In this document: positions 21,493 to 31,142 of the stretch, one piece after another
How the letters are laid out: each line of letters opens with the position of its first letter
How positions within the stretch are numbered: position 1 is the first letter of the stretch
From: an uncultured delta proteobacterium
GTDB lineage: Bacteria; Desulfobacterota; Desulfuromonadia; Geobacterales; Pseudopelobacteraceae
Assembly (NCBI GenBank): GCA_963772835.1
Contig: CAVYYZ010000008.1
Location: 64,001 to 128,000, forward strand
DNA length: 64,000 nt
Direction: 5' to 3'
Made by a program: the position numbers and the translations under genes
Notes under the pieces: generated by a model
The model's database searches: none
Seen by the model: the letters and a program-made list of their open reading frames with translations, nothing else
Told to the model about the DNA's origin: nothing

Positions 21493-22674
21493 ATGAAAAT
21501 CCTCTATTTTGATTGTCTGGCAGGCATTTCCGGAGACATGACTGTAGCGGCACTGCTCGATCTGGGAGTGCCGATGGAATATCTCCGCGCGGAACTGGAC
21601 AAGTTAAAGCTTCCGCCGGGTTCCTGCGAACTCTCGGTCAGTCGGACCGAACGACAGCATATGGCCGCTCTGAAGTTTGATGTGGCTGTGCATGATCACC
21701 ACACCCACCGGCACTACGCCGGTATCGATGCCTTGATTTCCTCAAGCGGTTTATCCGGCCGGGTCAAGGAAAGATCCCGCCTGATTTTTCGTCGTCTGGC
21801 AGAGGCCGAGGCGAAAGTGCACGGAGTGGAAATTGAGCAGGTTCACTTCCACGAAGTCGGTGCCATAGATTCCATTATCGATATCGTTGCTACTGCGGTC
21901 TGCCTTGAGTATCTGCACGTCGAACAGATTTATGCTTCGGCGCTCCCTATGGGGAGCGGTTTTGTGGAAACTGCACACGGGAGGTTGTCTGTCCCGGCCC
22001 CTGCTACGGCGGAGCTTATGAAAGGTGTGCCACTGCATGGTGAGTGCGGTCCGGGAGAGCGGGTAACGCCGACAGGAGCCGCAATTCTGGCGGCACTGGC
22101 GAACGGATTTGGTCTGCAGCCGACAATGGTGCTGGAGAAAACAGGGAGTGGTGCCGGAGGAAAAGATTTCCCGGATTGTCCCAATATACTGCGCGCCTTT
22201 TTGGGGAGGAGTGCCGAAAAAACCGTATCAGATGATGAAGTAATCGTGGTCGATGCCAATATTGACGATTCAACACCGGAAATTCTCGGATATGCCATGG
22301 AGCGTATTCTTGAAGAAGGTGCGCTGGATGTTTATTTTACTCCTATCCAGATGAAAAAGAGTCGTCCCGGAGTGATGCTGTCGTTTCTCTGTCGACCGGC
22401 ACAGCTTGACCGGTTGGCCGGGCTGCTGATGAGCGAGACGTCGGCTATCGGCCTGCGCCATTACCGTGCTGACAGAATTATTATGCTGCGGCAGATTGTC
22501 GAGCGGCAGACCGGGTTCGGAGTTGTCCGGTTTAAACAGGCTATCGGCACCAGTGGTGAACTGTTGCGGGAATCCCCTGAATATGATGATTGCCGCCGTA
22601 TTGCCCGGGAAACGGGAATGCCGTGCCGGGAGATCATGGAACGGTTGTGCGGTAAAGGAGCGCCACAGACATGA
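21493..22674 (+). CDS. larC: nickel-pincer cofactor Ni insertase LarC
   Basis: GISGDM, His-rich [40 protein letters not shown]. Confidence 0.95.
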   Translation: MKILYFDCLAGISGDMTVAALLDLGVPMEYLRAELDKLKLPPGSCELSVSRTERQHMAALKFDVAVHDHHTHRHYAGIDALISSSGLSGRVKERSRLIFRRLAEAEAKVHGVEIEQVHFHEVGAIDSIIDIVATAVCLEYLHVEQIYASALPMGSGFVETAHGRLSVPAPATAELMKGVPLHGECGPGERVTPTGAAILAALANGFGLQPTMVLEKTGSGAGGKDFPDCPNILRAFLGRSAEKTVSDDEVIVVDANIDDSTPEILGYAMERILEEGALDVYFTPIQMKKSRPGVMLSFLCRPAQLDRLAGLLMSETSAIGLRHYRADRIIMLRQIVERQTGFGVVRFKQAIGTSGELLRESPEYDDCRRIARETGMPCREIMERLCGKGAPQT

Positions 22675-23918
22675 GAATATCTACGTTGAGTATCGGTGAT
22701 GAACTGATCTGCGGACAGTTGACCGATACAAATGCCGGCACAATAGCCGCCCTGCTGCTTGCAGAAGGATTGCGGGTTCAGCGTCATCTCACGGTCGGTG
22801 ACAACGAACCGGATATTATCGGAGCGCTGAACGACCTCGGCCGGATCAGTGATACGATCATCGTAACCGGAGGTCTTGGACCCACTGCCGACGACCTGAC
22901 TTCGCGGGCTGCAGCGCGGGCCACCGGCCGGCGACTGGTTATTCATGAAGAGGCGCGTGCTCATGTCCGCCTGATGTCGAGTAAACTGGAATCGCTGATC
23001 ATCTGTCCGTTGAGTGACAAACAGGCCATGATTCCTACCAAGTCATCATTGATCACAAACCCCAACGGCACCGCCTGCGGTTTTCATCTGATGCATAACG
23101 GCGCGTTCATGTTTTTCATGCCGGGTGTCCCGGCAGAGATGATTGTCATGCTGCGTGACTCGGTTATTCCGTTCATCCTTGAACGGGTACCTCACAAACG
23201 GGTTATCCGCACGGTCTCCCTGAATCTGTTCGGACCTTGTGAGGCGGAGGTTGATGAAATGCTTCTGGGAATTGCCCGGCCCGAACAGGGGCTCACACTC
23301 GGCATATGTGTTTCTTTCCCCTCAATGAAAGTTACCCTGCGGGCTGAAACGGACAGTGATGATGCGGCTACCGACCTCCTTGTGCCGTCGGTTCGCGTCG
23401 TGCGGGAACGATTGGGCGATTTTTGTTTCTCATCCGGAGATATCAGCATGGATGCCACCGTGGCGGAGCTGCTTCATGATGGTGGTCTGACGCTTTCTCT
23501 GGCTGAGTCGTGCAGCGGCGGTTTGCTGGCAAAGCGGATCACCGATATTCCCGGCAGCTCCCGCTATTTTAATGAAGGTGTGGTGACCTATTCGAACGAT
23601 GCAAAAATGCGCCTGTTGGGTGTCCCTGCGGAATTACTGAACAGATGCGGAGCCGTCAGTTCCGAGTGTGCTTCTTCGATGGCCAAGGGGGTCAGGTCGG
23701 CATCCGGGAGCGATCTGGGGCTGGCGGTCACCGGGATTGCCGGGCCGGAAGGGGGGTGCGAAGACAAGCCGGTCGGCACGGTATTTATTTCACTTGCGGC
23801 GCCTGACGGCTGCTGGACCAAGCGCTTCCAGTTCAACGGCAGTCGGGACGGGATCCGCACCCTGACCGTATGGACGGCTCTGGACTGGCTGCGGCGGTAT
23901 CTGCTCAAAAGGGAGTAG
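22671..23918 (+). CDS. cinA: CinA (MoCF domain + NMN deamidase PncC)
   Basis: [40 protein letters not shown]. Confidence 0.95.
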   Translation: MRISTLSIGDELICGQLTDTNAGTIAALLLAEGLRVQRHLTVGDNEPDIIGALNDLGRISDTIIVTGGLGPTADDLTSRAAARATGRRLVIHEEARAHVRLMSSKLESLIICPLSDKQAMIPTKSSLITNPNGTACGFHLMHNGAFMFFMPGVPAEMIVMLRDSVIPFILERVPHKRVIRTVSLNLFGPCEAEVDEMLLGIARPEQGLTLGICVSFPSMKVTLRAETDSDDAATDLLVPSVRVVRERLGDFCFSSGDISMDATVAELLHDGGLTLSLAESCSGGLLAKRITDIPGSSRYFNEGVVTYSNDAKMRLLGVPAELLNRCGAVSSECASSMAKGVRSASGSDLGLAVTGIAGPEGGCEDKPVGTVFISLAAPDGCWTKRFQFNGSRDGIRTLTVWTALDWLRRYLLKRE

Positions 23919-24065
23919 ACGTTTTCAGTCGGGGGTTCCTGCCAATCGTGGTGTCCCGTGGGAGGTGCTTACAAGTACTCTTTTGGATGGATATTCAGAG
24001 TTCTCACCGTTTGATTGTCCGGCCTTGACAAATGGGTAGATCTGACCCACGATGGTTCCCCGGAG

Positions 24066-25340
24066 CTAATTTTCCCGGCACACCCGGTTCCTTCCGGTAT
24101 CTTTGGCCCTGTACATTGCCTTGTCAGCCCGATTGAGGAGAGTCTCCCGGGTGTCTCCGGTTTTGTACCCACTAACACCGATACTGGCGGTTATAAAAAA
24201 CTCACTGCCTTCATGAAGTACCGCTGTTTTTTCCAGATTAACCCGTACTCTCTCTGCCGCTTCAGAAGCCCCCTGCGCGTCGGTTTCAGGAAAAGCAACG
24301 GCAAACTCCTCGCCACCGATTCTACCAAAAAAATCTGACGCGCGCAGACCTGATGTCTTAAGGGTGCGGCATAACGTCTGTAACGCTTCATCACCTGCGG
24401 CGTGACCTCGCGAATCGTTTACCGACTTAAAGTGATCAAGATCAAGCATAAACACCGAAAATACCCGCCCATAGCGCTTGGCCCGTTCCGTTTCAATGCC
24501 CAGCAGTTCCATAAAGTGGCCGCGATTATTGATGCCGGTGAGCGGATCGGTATGTGCCATTATTGTAAGCTCTTCCGCCTGCGCAGCCATGATGCGCTGT
24601 GCCTCGAAAATTCTTTTATTCAACTTTGAGATCATCTGGTAAATGATTCCGAACAAAATGGATGACGTGACCAGAAAAAGGCCTACCAGCAGATACTTTT
24701 GTCGTGCCAGGCTACGTGCAGACTCTGTAACGTCAAAACTGACACTGATACCACCGCGGACTTCTCCACCTTTGTACCCTTGAACAGCATGGCATTTCAG
24801 GCAGGGCTGCTCTGTTTTAAGCGGAGCCATATAACGATAGATCTTATGGTCACCGTCCATAACTATCTCAACTGTTTCGGCTTTTCCTTTTTCAAACGCT
24901 TCGAGTGAGCTGCGCTCGAAGGCATCCGGTGTGTTGCCGGGATTGAGCGGTTTGAGGCTGGTGATATGGAAGCGGTACAGGCCGACCTTGTCTGCAATCT
25001 CAGAAATTTCACGTGTCATCAACGCCGGGTTTTTTAACGTGTAGGTTTTACCTGTGACATCATGGATGTCCGGGTTAATCAGGTACGGATTCGACACCAT
25101 CCCTGCCTTTTTTTCCACATATACACCACCGTACTGCGCGCTCCATCGACGGGTCAGCACAATATTATCGAAATGCGATTTCGCCTTGGACAGATATTCT
25201 GATTCGATCAGCTGCTTGTTGTTATGGAAGAGACCGAAAAAAAGACCCAGAATAAACAGCAGAACGACAAAGGTGAGCTGTAGAGTGAATACGCGCCAGG
25301 TTTTTTTGTCCTGTTTATATTCGTTAGCATGATTACTCAT
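24066..25340 (-). CDS. membrane diguanylate cyclase with periplasmic DUF3365 c-heme domain
   Basis: Two TM helices; KNPALMTRE and CLKCH heme motif; DLDHFKSVND, RASD I-site, GGEEF. Confidence 0.93.
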   Translation of the reverse strand: MSNHANEYKQDKKTWRVFTLQLTFVVLLFILGLFFGLFHNNKQLIESEYLSKAKSHFDNIVLTRRWSAQYGGVYVEKKAGMVSNPYLINPDIHDVTGKTYTLKNPALMTREISEIADKVGLYRFHITSLKPLNPGNTPDAFERSSLEAFEKGKAETVEIVMDGDHKIYRYMAPLKTEQPCLKCHAVQGYKGGEVRGGISVSFDVTESARSLARQKYLLVGLFLVTSSILFGIIYQMISKLNKRIFEAQRIMAAQAEELTIMAHTDPLTGINNRGHFMELLGIETERAKRYGRVFSVFMLDLDHFKSVNDSRGHAAGDEALQTLCRTLKTSGLRASDFFGRIGGEEFAVAFPETDAQGASEAAERVRVNLEKTAVLHEGSEFFITASIGVSGYKTGDTRETLLNRADKAMYRAKDTGRNRVCREN

Positions 25341-25461
25341 GGGTTCTCCAATCATGGGTAATGGGAAGTTTCGGCGTGACTGAAATACTGTGAAGGATTG
25401 GACCTGCCAAACTCCAGTAAATCTACCACTTAATAATACTTATATAAAACAATATTTTGTC

Positions 25462-25552
25462 GCTCAACGGTAATGAGATGTGGCGGCGGCTAAGTTCTAT
25501 CGCGACGACGTCTGCCGCCGATTTTTGGGAAGGTGCTTCTTTCCTGTTTGAA
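25462..25552 (-). other. attC-like site A (degenerate)
   Basis: Minus strand TTCAAAC-AGGAA-AGAAGCACC...GGCGGC/GCCGCC stem...TTACC-GTTGAGC, 8 bp after the HD-GYP stop; both ends resemble site C. Confidence 0.5.
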
Positions 25553-25560
25553 CCTCGTAA

Positions 25561-26877
25561 TTATTTTTGTTTTTCACTTATATCTCGTGTCAAGGGCTGA
25601 TCCTTCGACCACTCTTCAAAGTATCTGATAATGCACGCTTCCAGCTTTTGGTGCAGCAATGCCTCTTCGTCGTTGCAGATCTCTGCATGCAACGCCTCGG
25701 CATGTTCCATAAAAAGCTGTGCAATCTCTGGATCAAAATGACTGCCGGATGACTCTCTGATAATCCCTATCGAAACAGCAAAACTGAAGGGTTCCTTGTA
25801 GGGGCGCCTGGAGGTCAGGGCATCGAACACGTCTGCTATTGCAAAAATCCTGGCATTGAGCGGAATATTATTCTGAGCCAGGCCATGCGGATAGCCGCTA
25901 CCGTCAAATTTTTCATGGTGCCCGGTAACCACGTCACGCGCGTCCTTCAGCCAGTCGTAACTTTGGACCAGATCCTCGCCATGCAGCACATGGCTCTTCA
26001 TGATCACAAACTCTTCATCAGTCAGTTTGTTCGGTTTGAGCAGGATCGCATCACTAATTGCAATCTTGCCCAGGTCATGGAGAAAAGCCCCTTTGATAAG
26101 ACCCTTCATCGCGGTGTTCGAAAGCCCCAATTTCTCCCCGATATGCACCGTATAGAGCGTAACCCGGTAATTATGAACATTGGTGTCGCTGTCGCGTTTG
26201 GCGATTGCGCTTCCCAGCACCTTCAACAGTCCGATGTTGGTAAACGCAAGGTTGTTGGAGTACGCAATCAGCTTCCGGTTCATGCGAATGATCACCGGAT
26301 ACAGCGCCAGACTGGTGGCGAAAATGACCAGCACAACCAGGATTAACGACCAGAGAGTCTGCTGCTTGATCTGGGCAATTATTTCCATCGGTGCGTGATA
26401 GATCCCCTCCAGGTAACCGATTTTGTTGCCAGTGCTGTTCAGGAGCGGGACAAACACCCTCAGATAGGTGTCCCCTCCCAGTGTGAGTTTGGTGCAAACA
26501 ATGCCGCCCTTTTCGGCGAATTCGCTCCCATGTTTGGGGAGTTTGACCTCGAGTTCTTTGGCATTCGGTTTGACCGCCTCGGTGATCTTATGCGAACCGG
26601 TATCGTAAAATTCAACAATAATGAGATGGTCCTGTTCTATCTCAAGCTGAACCCTGTGGTTGAGTTCAGCCAGGGTCCGGGGCGAGGGCGATTTCAGGTA
26701 AAGGGCAACCGGTTTGATATATTTTGCCGTTTCTGTCTTTGCCATGTCCACAACATGGCTGTCCAGGCGGACACTGCCGAGATAATTTACCAGACCGCCA
26801 ATCACCAGCGACAGGATGAGACAGAGAAGCGTAAGCCTGATGACAAGCCATTTATGAAGGTTATCAATCATCTGCAT
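25561..26877 (-). CDS. membrane-anchored HD-GYP c-di-GMP phosphodiesterase
   Basis: Two TM helices; HNYRV, FLHDLGK, HHEKFDGSGYP, IADVFDALTSRRPYK. Confidence 0.93.
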   Translation of the reverse strand: MQMIDNLHKWLVIRLTLLCLILSLVIGGLVNYLGSVRLDSHVVDMAKTETAKYIKPVALYLKSPSPRTLAELNHRVQLEIEQDHLIIVEFYDTGSHKITEAVKPNAKELEVKLPKHGSEFAEKGGIVCTKLTLGGDTYLRVFVPLLNSTGNKIGYLEGIYHAPMEIIAQIKQQTLWSLILVVLVIFATSLALYPVIIRMNRKLIAYSNNLAFTNIGLLKVLGSAIAKRDSDTNVHNYRVTLYTVHIGEKLGLSNTAMKGLIKGAFLHDLGKIAISDAILLKPNKLTDEEFVIMKSHVLHGEDLVQSYDWLKDARDVVTGHHEKFDGSGYPHGLAQNNIPLNARIFAIADVFDALTSRRPYKEPFSFAVSIGIIRESSGSHFDPEIAQLFMEHAEALHAEICNDEEALLHQKLEACIIRYFEEWSKDQPLTRDISEKQK

Positions 26878-26952
26878 TAATGCTCCCGTCTTACCCCTCC
26901 CCAACTCCGGTCGTTCGGGAGGGATCGTCGATAATGAACTTTAGCCACTCTT

Positions 26953-27017
26953 ACACAACGGGCATGTAGTTGGCCCGCTGTCTTTTGATATTGGCGTGTC
27001 TAACCTTCTGGTCGGAT
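26953..27017 (-). other. attC-like site B (degenerate)
   Basis: Minus strand ATCCGAC...ATGCCC-GTTGTGT, 8 bp after the PAS gene stop; both ends resemble site D. Confidence 0.4.
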
Positions 27018-27025
27018 CATGTTTT

Positions 27026-27493
27026 TTACTCCGTTGGGTTATCTGGTTTTGTCAAATGTATAGGCCCGACACCAGTAGCATTAACCTTGGAAGGAGTAAT
27101 TATTTCCAGATAACGGGATATGCAAATAACCCCGCCAACTTCTTTGTTAGAATAAATAAAAGGGGATTTTGAAGTTGATTTACGGACAGTCTCTCCATTG
27201 GGATAGGTGATAATTTCTGCCATGTTTTGGATAGAAACTTTGCTTCTCATGACATATAAATCATCTTCCAGGGCTTTTTGAGCTTGCTCAAAAGGAAGCA
27301 AATCAAAATCTGTTTTTCCAATGATTTCAGGAATGGTCAGATTATAATGTTTGGCTTTTACCCTGCTGGCACATCTAATCTCTCCTCCCGTGAACCCTCC
27401 TTTACCATCGGAGTGATATTCCTTAATAACTATTGAGTCCTCAATTTGCTCAAGAATCGCGTAATGAAATATTAAATCCATCATTTGCCCCAT
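27026..27493 (-). CDS. stand-alone PAS-domain protein
   Basis: IIGKTDFDLLP...DDLYVM...PNGETV...SKSPF...GVICISR PAS signature; AGGAG RBS; AT-rich. Confidence 0.8.
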   Translation of the reverse strand: MGQMMDLIFHYAILEQIEDSIVIKEYHSDGKGGFTGGEIRCASRVKAKHYNLTIPEIIGKTDFDLLPFEQAQKALEDDLYVMRSKVSIQNMAEIITYPNGETVRKSTSKSPFIYSNKEVGGVICISRYLEIITPSKVNATGVGPIHLTKPDNPTE

Positions 27494-27552
27494 AATATAC
27501 TCCTTACTGAGTTGTTAAGTTACCGGTTTCAAAAAGGTCTGCTCTGAACTGT

Positions 27553-27612
27553 TAACAACGGTAAGGGCGATCACCTGACGTGTTTAGGTCAGGTGCATCT
27601 TCCTCGTTAGAC
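27553..27612 (-). other. attC site C
   Basis: Minus strand GTCTAAC-GAGGA-AGATGCACCTGAC-loop-GTCAGGTGATC...TTACC-GTT; stem with a single extrahelical base in L''; 60 bp, 10 bp after the stop. Confidence 0.8.
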
Positions 27613-27622
27613 ATTCTTTGAT

Positions 27623-28084
27623 CTATCTTCGGGCTTTACCGCTGATCCGTTCGATTTCTATTTTGAAGACCTTTGTAATCGTGTCCTTTTGCTTGATGTA
27701 TCGTGTGCCTTCCTCAATAAAATCTGAACAGTATTTGTCTAAAAGCCACAGCAATGAATCATGCCTCTCGGTTCCATTGATTTCTGACGCTACGCCAAAG
27801 ACCACGGCACTCTCGTATTCAGTGCCAAATTTGTCAGGCAGAACTTTAGTCTTGCCAACAACACAAAAGGAAACCTTTGAGTTGTGCTCGATATTTTCGA
27901 GCTTATGGCCACTGATAGCACAGTGGAAATAGATGCATTCGTTCTTATAAATATAACTCAACGGCACACCATAGGGCTGCCCATCTTTGCTGACTGTTGA
28001 CATAATCCCATATTCAGCGTTGTCGAGTATATCCTTTGCCTCATGGAGGGATATTCCCCGGTCACTTCTCCGAATACCTTTCAT
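27623..28084 (-). CDS. pyridoxamine 5'-phosphate oxidase / NimA-like flavin-binding protein
   Basis: IRRSDR, PYGVPLSY, IYFHCAISGHKL, KVSFCVVG, YESAVVFG, ISGKAR. Confidence 0.9.
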   Translation of the reverse strand: MKGIRRSDRGISLHEAKDILDNAEYGIMSTVSKDGQPYGVPLSYIYKNECIYFHCAISGHKLENIEHNSKVSFCVVGKTKVLPDKFGTEYESAVVFGVASEINGTERHDSLLWLLDKYCSDFIEEGTRYIKQKDTITKVFKIEIERISGKARR

Positions 28085-28099
28085 CCGTCCTTCCTTTAT

Positions 28100-28159
28100 G
28101 CCTAACGGGCATGGCTTTGATCTGCCGTGTTTTCGGGCAGCCCGTAAGCCCTGTTGGAT
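28100..28159 (-). other. attC site D
   Basis: Minus strand ATCCAAC...CTGCC-loop-GGCAG...GTTAGGC (RYYYAAC/GTTRRRY), 60 bp, directly followed by RBS and ATG of the next gene. Confidence 0.7.
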
Positions 28160-28362
28160 CTTATTTTTCTCTATTTGTTTAGTCTTGAGACGCCATCCCT
28201 CTGCCACTTGTATGGACTTTCCTTCGTTCGTGATGGTGTATCACAATCTGCCCAAAAGTCCTATTCACGTTGAGCCAAAACATGCAGGTTTGACACCATG
28301 TGGTTCATTTTCAATCCACAGGCCTGATTATTGTTCAAAGCCGAGGATTAGCCTCACCTGTG

Positions 28363-28851
28363 TCAACGGCATTCAGCATTCCAGAGTGCCCGTTCCTTAC
28401 TATCCGTAGGAGGCGGATCTAAACAAGGATTCCGGTAAGAACCGTTGTCAGCGGGGGCGATCTTCTCTGGAGCATTTCTTCGATGGTGTCTCGAAAGATT
28501 TTCGGCGCGCAATCCTGGATACTTAGCCTGAAGGTAATCACCGATTTGCCAGAGCGTCAGCACATTCACCAGTGTTGCCACACCGATAGCTGCAATAATA
28601 GCGATGCCAAAACGCCGCCGAAGCCATTCAACTAATCCACCGATCAGCGCACATATTGCTGCACCAGCGATCAGGCCGACTAAAGCGGAAAAAACAGTAA
28701 AAACCCACACGACAGCCGGCGCAAAGGTATCCGCGTTCATGTGAGACAAACGGGAATACGGTCCCCGAAACAAGACCCACGCGCCCCACGCACCCCCGAG
28801 TAAAGGCCATAAGATACGGATGATCCACCAGTAAGGACTCTCGCGCTTCAT
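28363..28851 (-). CDS. hypothetical membrane protein
   Basis: Three hydrophobic helices; ATGA overlap with the upstream gene. Confidence 0.7.
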   Translation of the reverse strand: MKRESPYWWIIRILWPLLGGAWGAWVLFRGPYSRLSHMNADTFAPAVVWVFTVFSALVGLIAGAAICALIGGLVEWLRRRFGIAIIAAIGVATLVNVLTLWQIGDYLQAKYPGLRAENLSRHHRRNAPEKIAPADNGSYRNPCLDPPPTDSKERALWNAECR

Positions 28852-29306
28852 CGTGTAGTCTTTCCTTGCGGTAATTCGTCAATGACTCTGCGTGCCCGAT
28901 CTAGGTGATGTTCCATTGTTCCAAGCTTTTGCATTTGGCAACCGGAAGATAATTTGTTCCAGGTCAAGCTCAAAGATTGATTAAATCCACTGTGGAGAAG
29001 GAAATTTGCCAATGGCATGGTACGCCGTTGGGTTGAGGCTGTCAGCGGGATGATCTTTTCGATCTGAAGCGACTGTTGCCGATTGCGCCATTGTATTCGA
29101 GCGCCAAGCCAGTCACCCGCCCCGTCATCAATGAGCACCCATCCCCATCCGTCAACACTCAGGTCAAGATAGCAGTAAGCACCCTGCTCACCACTCCCTG
29201 CCCATTCGCCCGCAAAAAAACCTGGAGAACTGTCAGGAAGAGGTGTTAAGGCATTCGCGTTCCCCAACCAGGCACATATTATGGCGAGACCTATGAAATA
29301 TCGCAT
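28848..29306 (-). CDS. hypothetical exported protein
   Basis: Signal peptide (MRYFIGLAIICAWLGNANA); AGGA RBS. Confidence 0.7.
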   Translation of the reverse strand: MRYFIGLAIICAWLGNANALTPLPDSSPGFFAGEWAGSGEQGAYCYLDLSVDGWGWVLIDDGAGDWLGARIQWRNRQQSLQIEKIIPLTASTQRRTMPLANFLLHSGFNQSLSLTWNKLSSGCQMQKLGTMEHHLDRARRVIDELPQGKTTR

Positions 29307-29349
29307 GAATCTGTCCTTTTCTCCGTAGGGGTTGTTTTTTAACGTAGAA

Positions 29350-29411
29350 TACCAACGTGCTGAGCCTTTACCTGCCGTTTTATGGGCGTGTGTAAGTGAA
29401 AGGCGTTGGTC
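29350..29411 (-). other. attC-like site E
   Basis: Minus strand GACCAAC...GCC-CATAAAAC-GGCAGGTAAAGGC...GTTGGTA, 62 bp; core resembles site D. Confidence 0.5.
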
Positions 29412-29806
29412 AGGCATCATTGGTGTTGTTGATGAAACGTTTTTGCGTGCTCCCGTTGTCAGTAATTTATGGCAATTACGCCCAGAAATCCCTCAACATT
29501 AGATACGTTTATGTCCTAGTCTAATAATATCTCGCTACAACGCTAAGATAAACAATATTATCACCAACAGCCGAAGCAATCAGTGTAATTTGTGAGGCAG
29601 ATATGGAGGTTAACGTGATTTGGATGTTTTGGCTTCCCAATAGTTTTACACTCGGTGCAACGGCAGGATCAGTACTCTTTCTGTCAGGATGGATGGCGAC
29701 TCGCCGCTCGTTTAATACGGGTGAAATTGATTTGCCTAACCATATGCTGCTCCGGTACAATGCAGTGCAGTCCGGATTGTAATCGGACGGTGCGGGAGGC
29801 GTCACA

Positions 29807-30427
29807 ATGAAGAAACAACTCGGCAGTATCATGTTTAAAGGACTGGTGACGATGCTCCCGGCCCTGTTAACGTTCTACATTCTCTTCTGGCTCGTGAACT
29901 CTGCGGAAACCGTACTCGGCGGCATGCTCAAAGTGCTGCTTCCAGGCGGTTGGTACATCCCCGGCATGGGCCTTTTGGTCGGGCTCGCTGCGACCTTTAT
30001 GTTCGGCTTGCCGCTCAATGCCTTTCTGGTGCGCTGGATGCACAATCTGGGCGAAAAGCTGGCGGACAACATACCGCTTGTCAAAACACTCTACGGTTCG
30101 CTCAAAGATTTCATTGGTTTTTTTGCCAATCAACGAGACTCCCAGTTCAACCAGGTGGTTACTATGGACCTGGAATTCGGCGGCAAGCCGATGCGTATGA
30201 TCGGTTTCGTCACGCGCAGCGATTTCAGCAGCCTGCCGTCGGGAATCGGCGAGGAGGGGGAAATTGCGGTGTACCTCCCGCTGAGCTTCCAGATCGGTGG
30301 TTATACGGTAATTGTACCTCGATCCTCCGTGAAACCGATAGATATCCCTGTCCACCGCGCCATGGGCTTTGTGGTCACCGGGGGCATGTCCACCGACAAG
30401 GGGCACAACGTAAACATTCCGTCGTAA
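29807..30427 (+). CDS. DUF502 membrane protein
   Basis: GLVTMLPALLT, IPLVKTLYGSLKD, IGFVT, AVYLPLSFQIGGYTVIVP, MGFVVTGG. Confidence 0.9.
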   Translation: MKKQLGSIMFKGLVTMLPALLTFYILFWLVNSAETVLGGMLKVLLPGGWYIPGMGLLVGLAATFMFGLPLNAFLVRWMHNLGEKLADNIPLVKTLYGSLKDFIGFFANQRDSQFNQVVTMDLEFGGKPMRMIGFVTRSDFSSLPSGIGEEGEIAVYLPLSFQIGGYTVIVPRSSVKPIDIPVHRAMGFVVTGGMSTDKGHNVNIPS

Positions 30428-30528
30428 GATACGCCTTCTCACCAATCTGCTCCCAGAGCGTTAGGGGGCACCCATTTATTTGCCATTGATTCCAGGAAGA
30501 CAGGGCAGATTTTGTCAGTAGTGAAAAA

Positions 30529-31023
30529 TCAAGGCGTCTTTACAATTTTGGTAAAGAGATAATCGTTTTTGGCAACAGGTACATGGCAACCAAAGCACTC
30601 AGAAACAAAACCGGCGTCCTTGCCGTATGGTTTCAGATCCTTCCCCACGAAACGGGCGAAGCCCCAACCACCAGTGTCTATGTATTTTTTGGCATCCTTG
30701 ACCATAAACTCGACCTGCACAAATGCACCCGGTTCTGTTGCTACTGGAAAAGAAGGATGCTTTTCAGCTTTCCAGGCTACCTTGGCCAATACGCTGCCAT
30801 CAGGAAGTGGGGTCTTGCCGGCCCGCAACGCCGTGACTGCAATCTCATTGCCGGTGATGACGCGGATATGCCCCTTGTCTTCCCGATAGGAGGGCGCTAC
30901 GATCTTCCACGACAAGTAATCAGGGTAGATGGCAATTCCGTTAGGTGCTGTCGGCAGGTCTGCCGCAACAATAGTTCCTGCAACAAAAACTAACGCTACA
31001 AAGACCAAAATGATTTTTAGCAT
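30529..31023 (-). CDS. cytochrome P460 / c'-beta family monoheme cytochrome
   Basis: Signal peptide; PDGSVLAK, EFMVKD...TGGWGFARF, CFGCH, DYLFT. Confidence 0.88.
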   Translation of the reverse strand: MLKIILVFVALVFVAGTIVAADLPTAPNGIAIYPDYLSWKIVAPSYREDKGHIRVITGNEIAVTALRAGKTPLPDGSVLAKVAWKAEKHPSFPVATEPGAFVQVEFMVKDAKKYIDTGGWGFARFVGKDLKPYGKDAGFVSECFGCHVPVAKNDYLFTKIVKTP

Positions 31024-31142
31024 AACAACCTCCCCGGCGTGTTTTTGGATTAATACCATCATCACTATGTACTCGATTTTAATAGTAGCAGTTGTTTCGT
31101 TCTTTGCAACGAGTCAACGCGTATAGAGCCCCGTTAGGTCCG

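Noticed and set aside
23919..24065. Terminal attC after the GGDEF gene
   Set aside because: No convincing RYYYAAC...GTTRRRY palindrome found by eye.
24066..25340. Hypr-type GGDEF (3',3'-cGAMP synthase)
   Set aside because: The guanine-selecting Asp is present (GHAAGD), not the Ser/Thr of GacA-type enzymes.
29521..29832. 103-aa minus-strand ORF
   Set aside because: Overlaps the DUF502 start, has no RBS or recognisable domain, and likely reflects decayed intergenic DNA.
30440..30482. attC after the cytochrome P460 gene (CCCTAAC on the minus strand)
   Set aside because: Only an R''-like heptamer, with no paired L boxes or R'; too weak to call.
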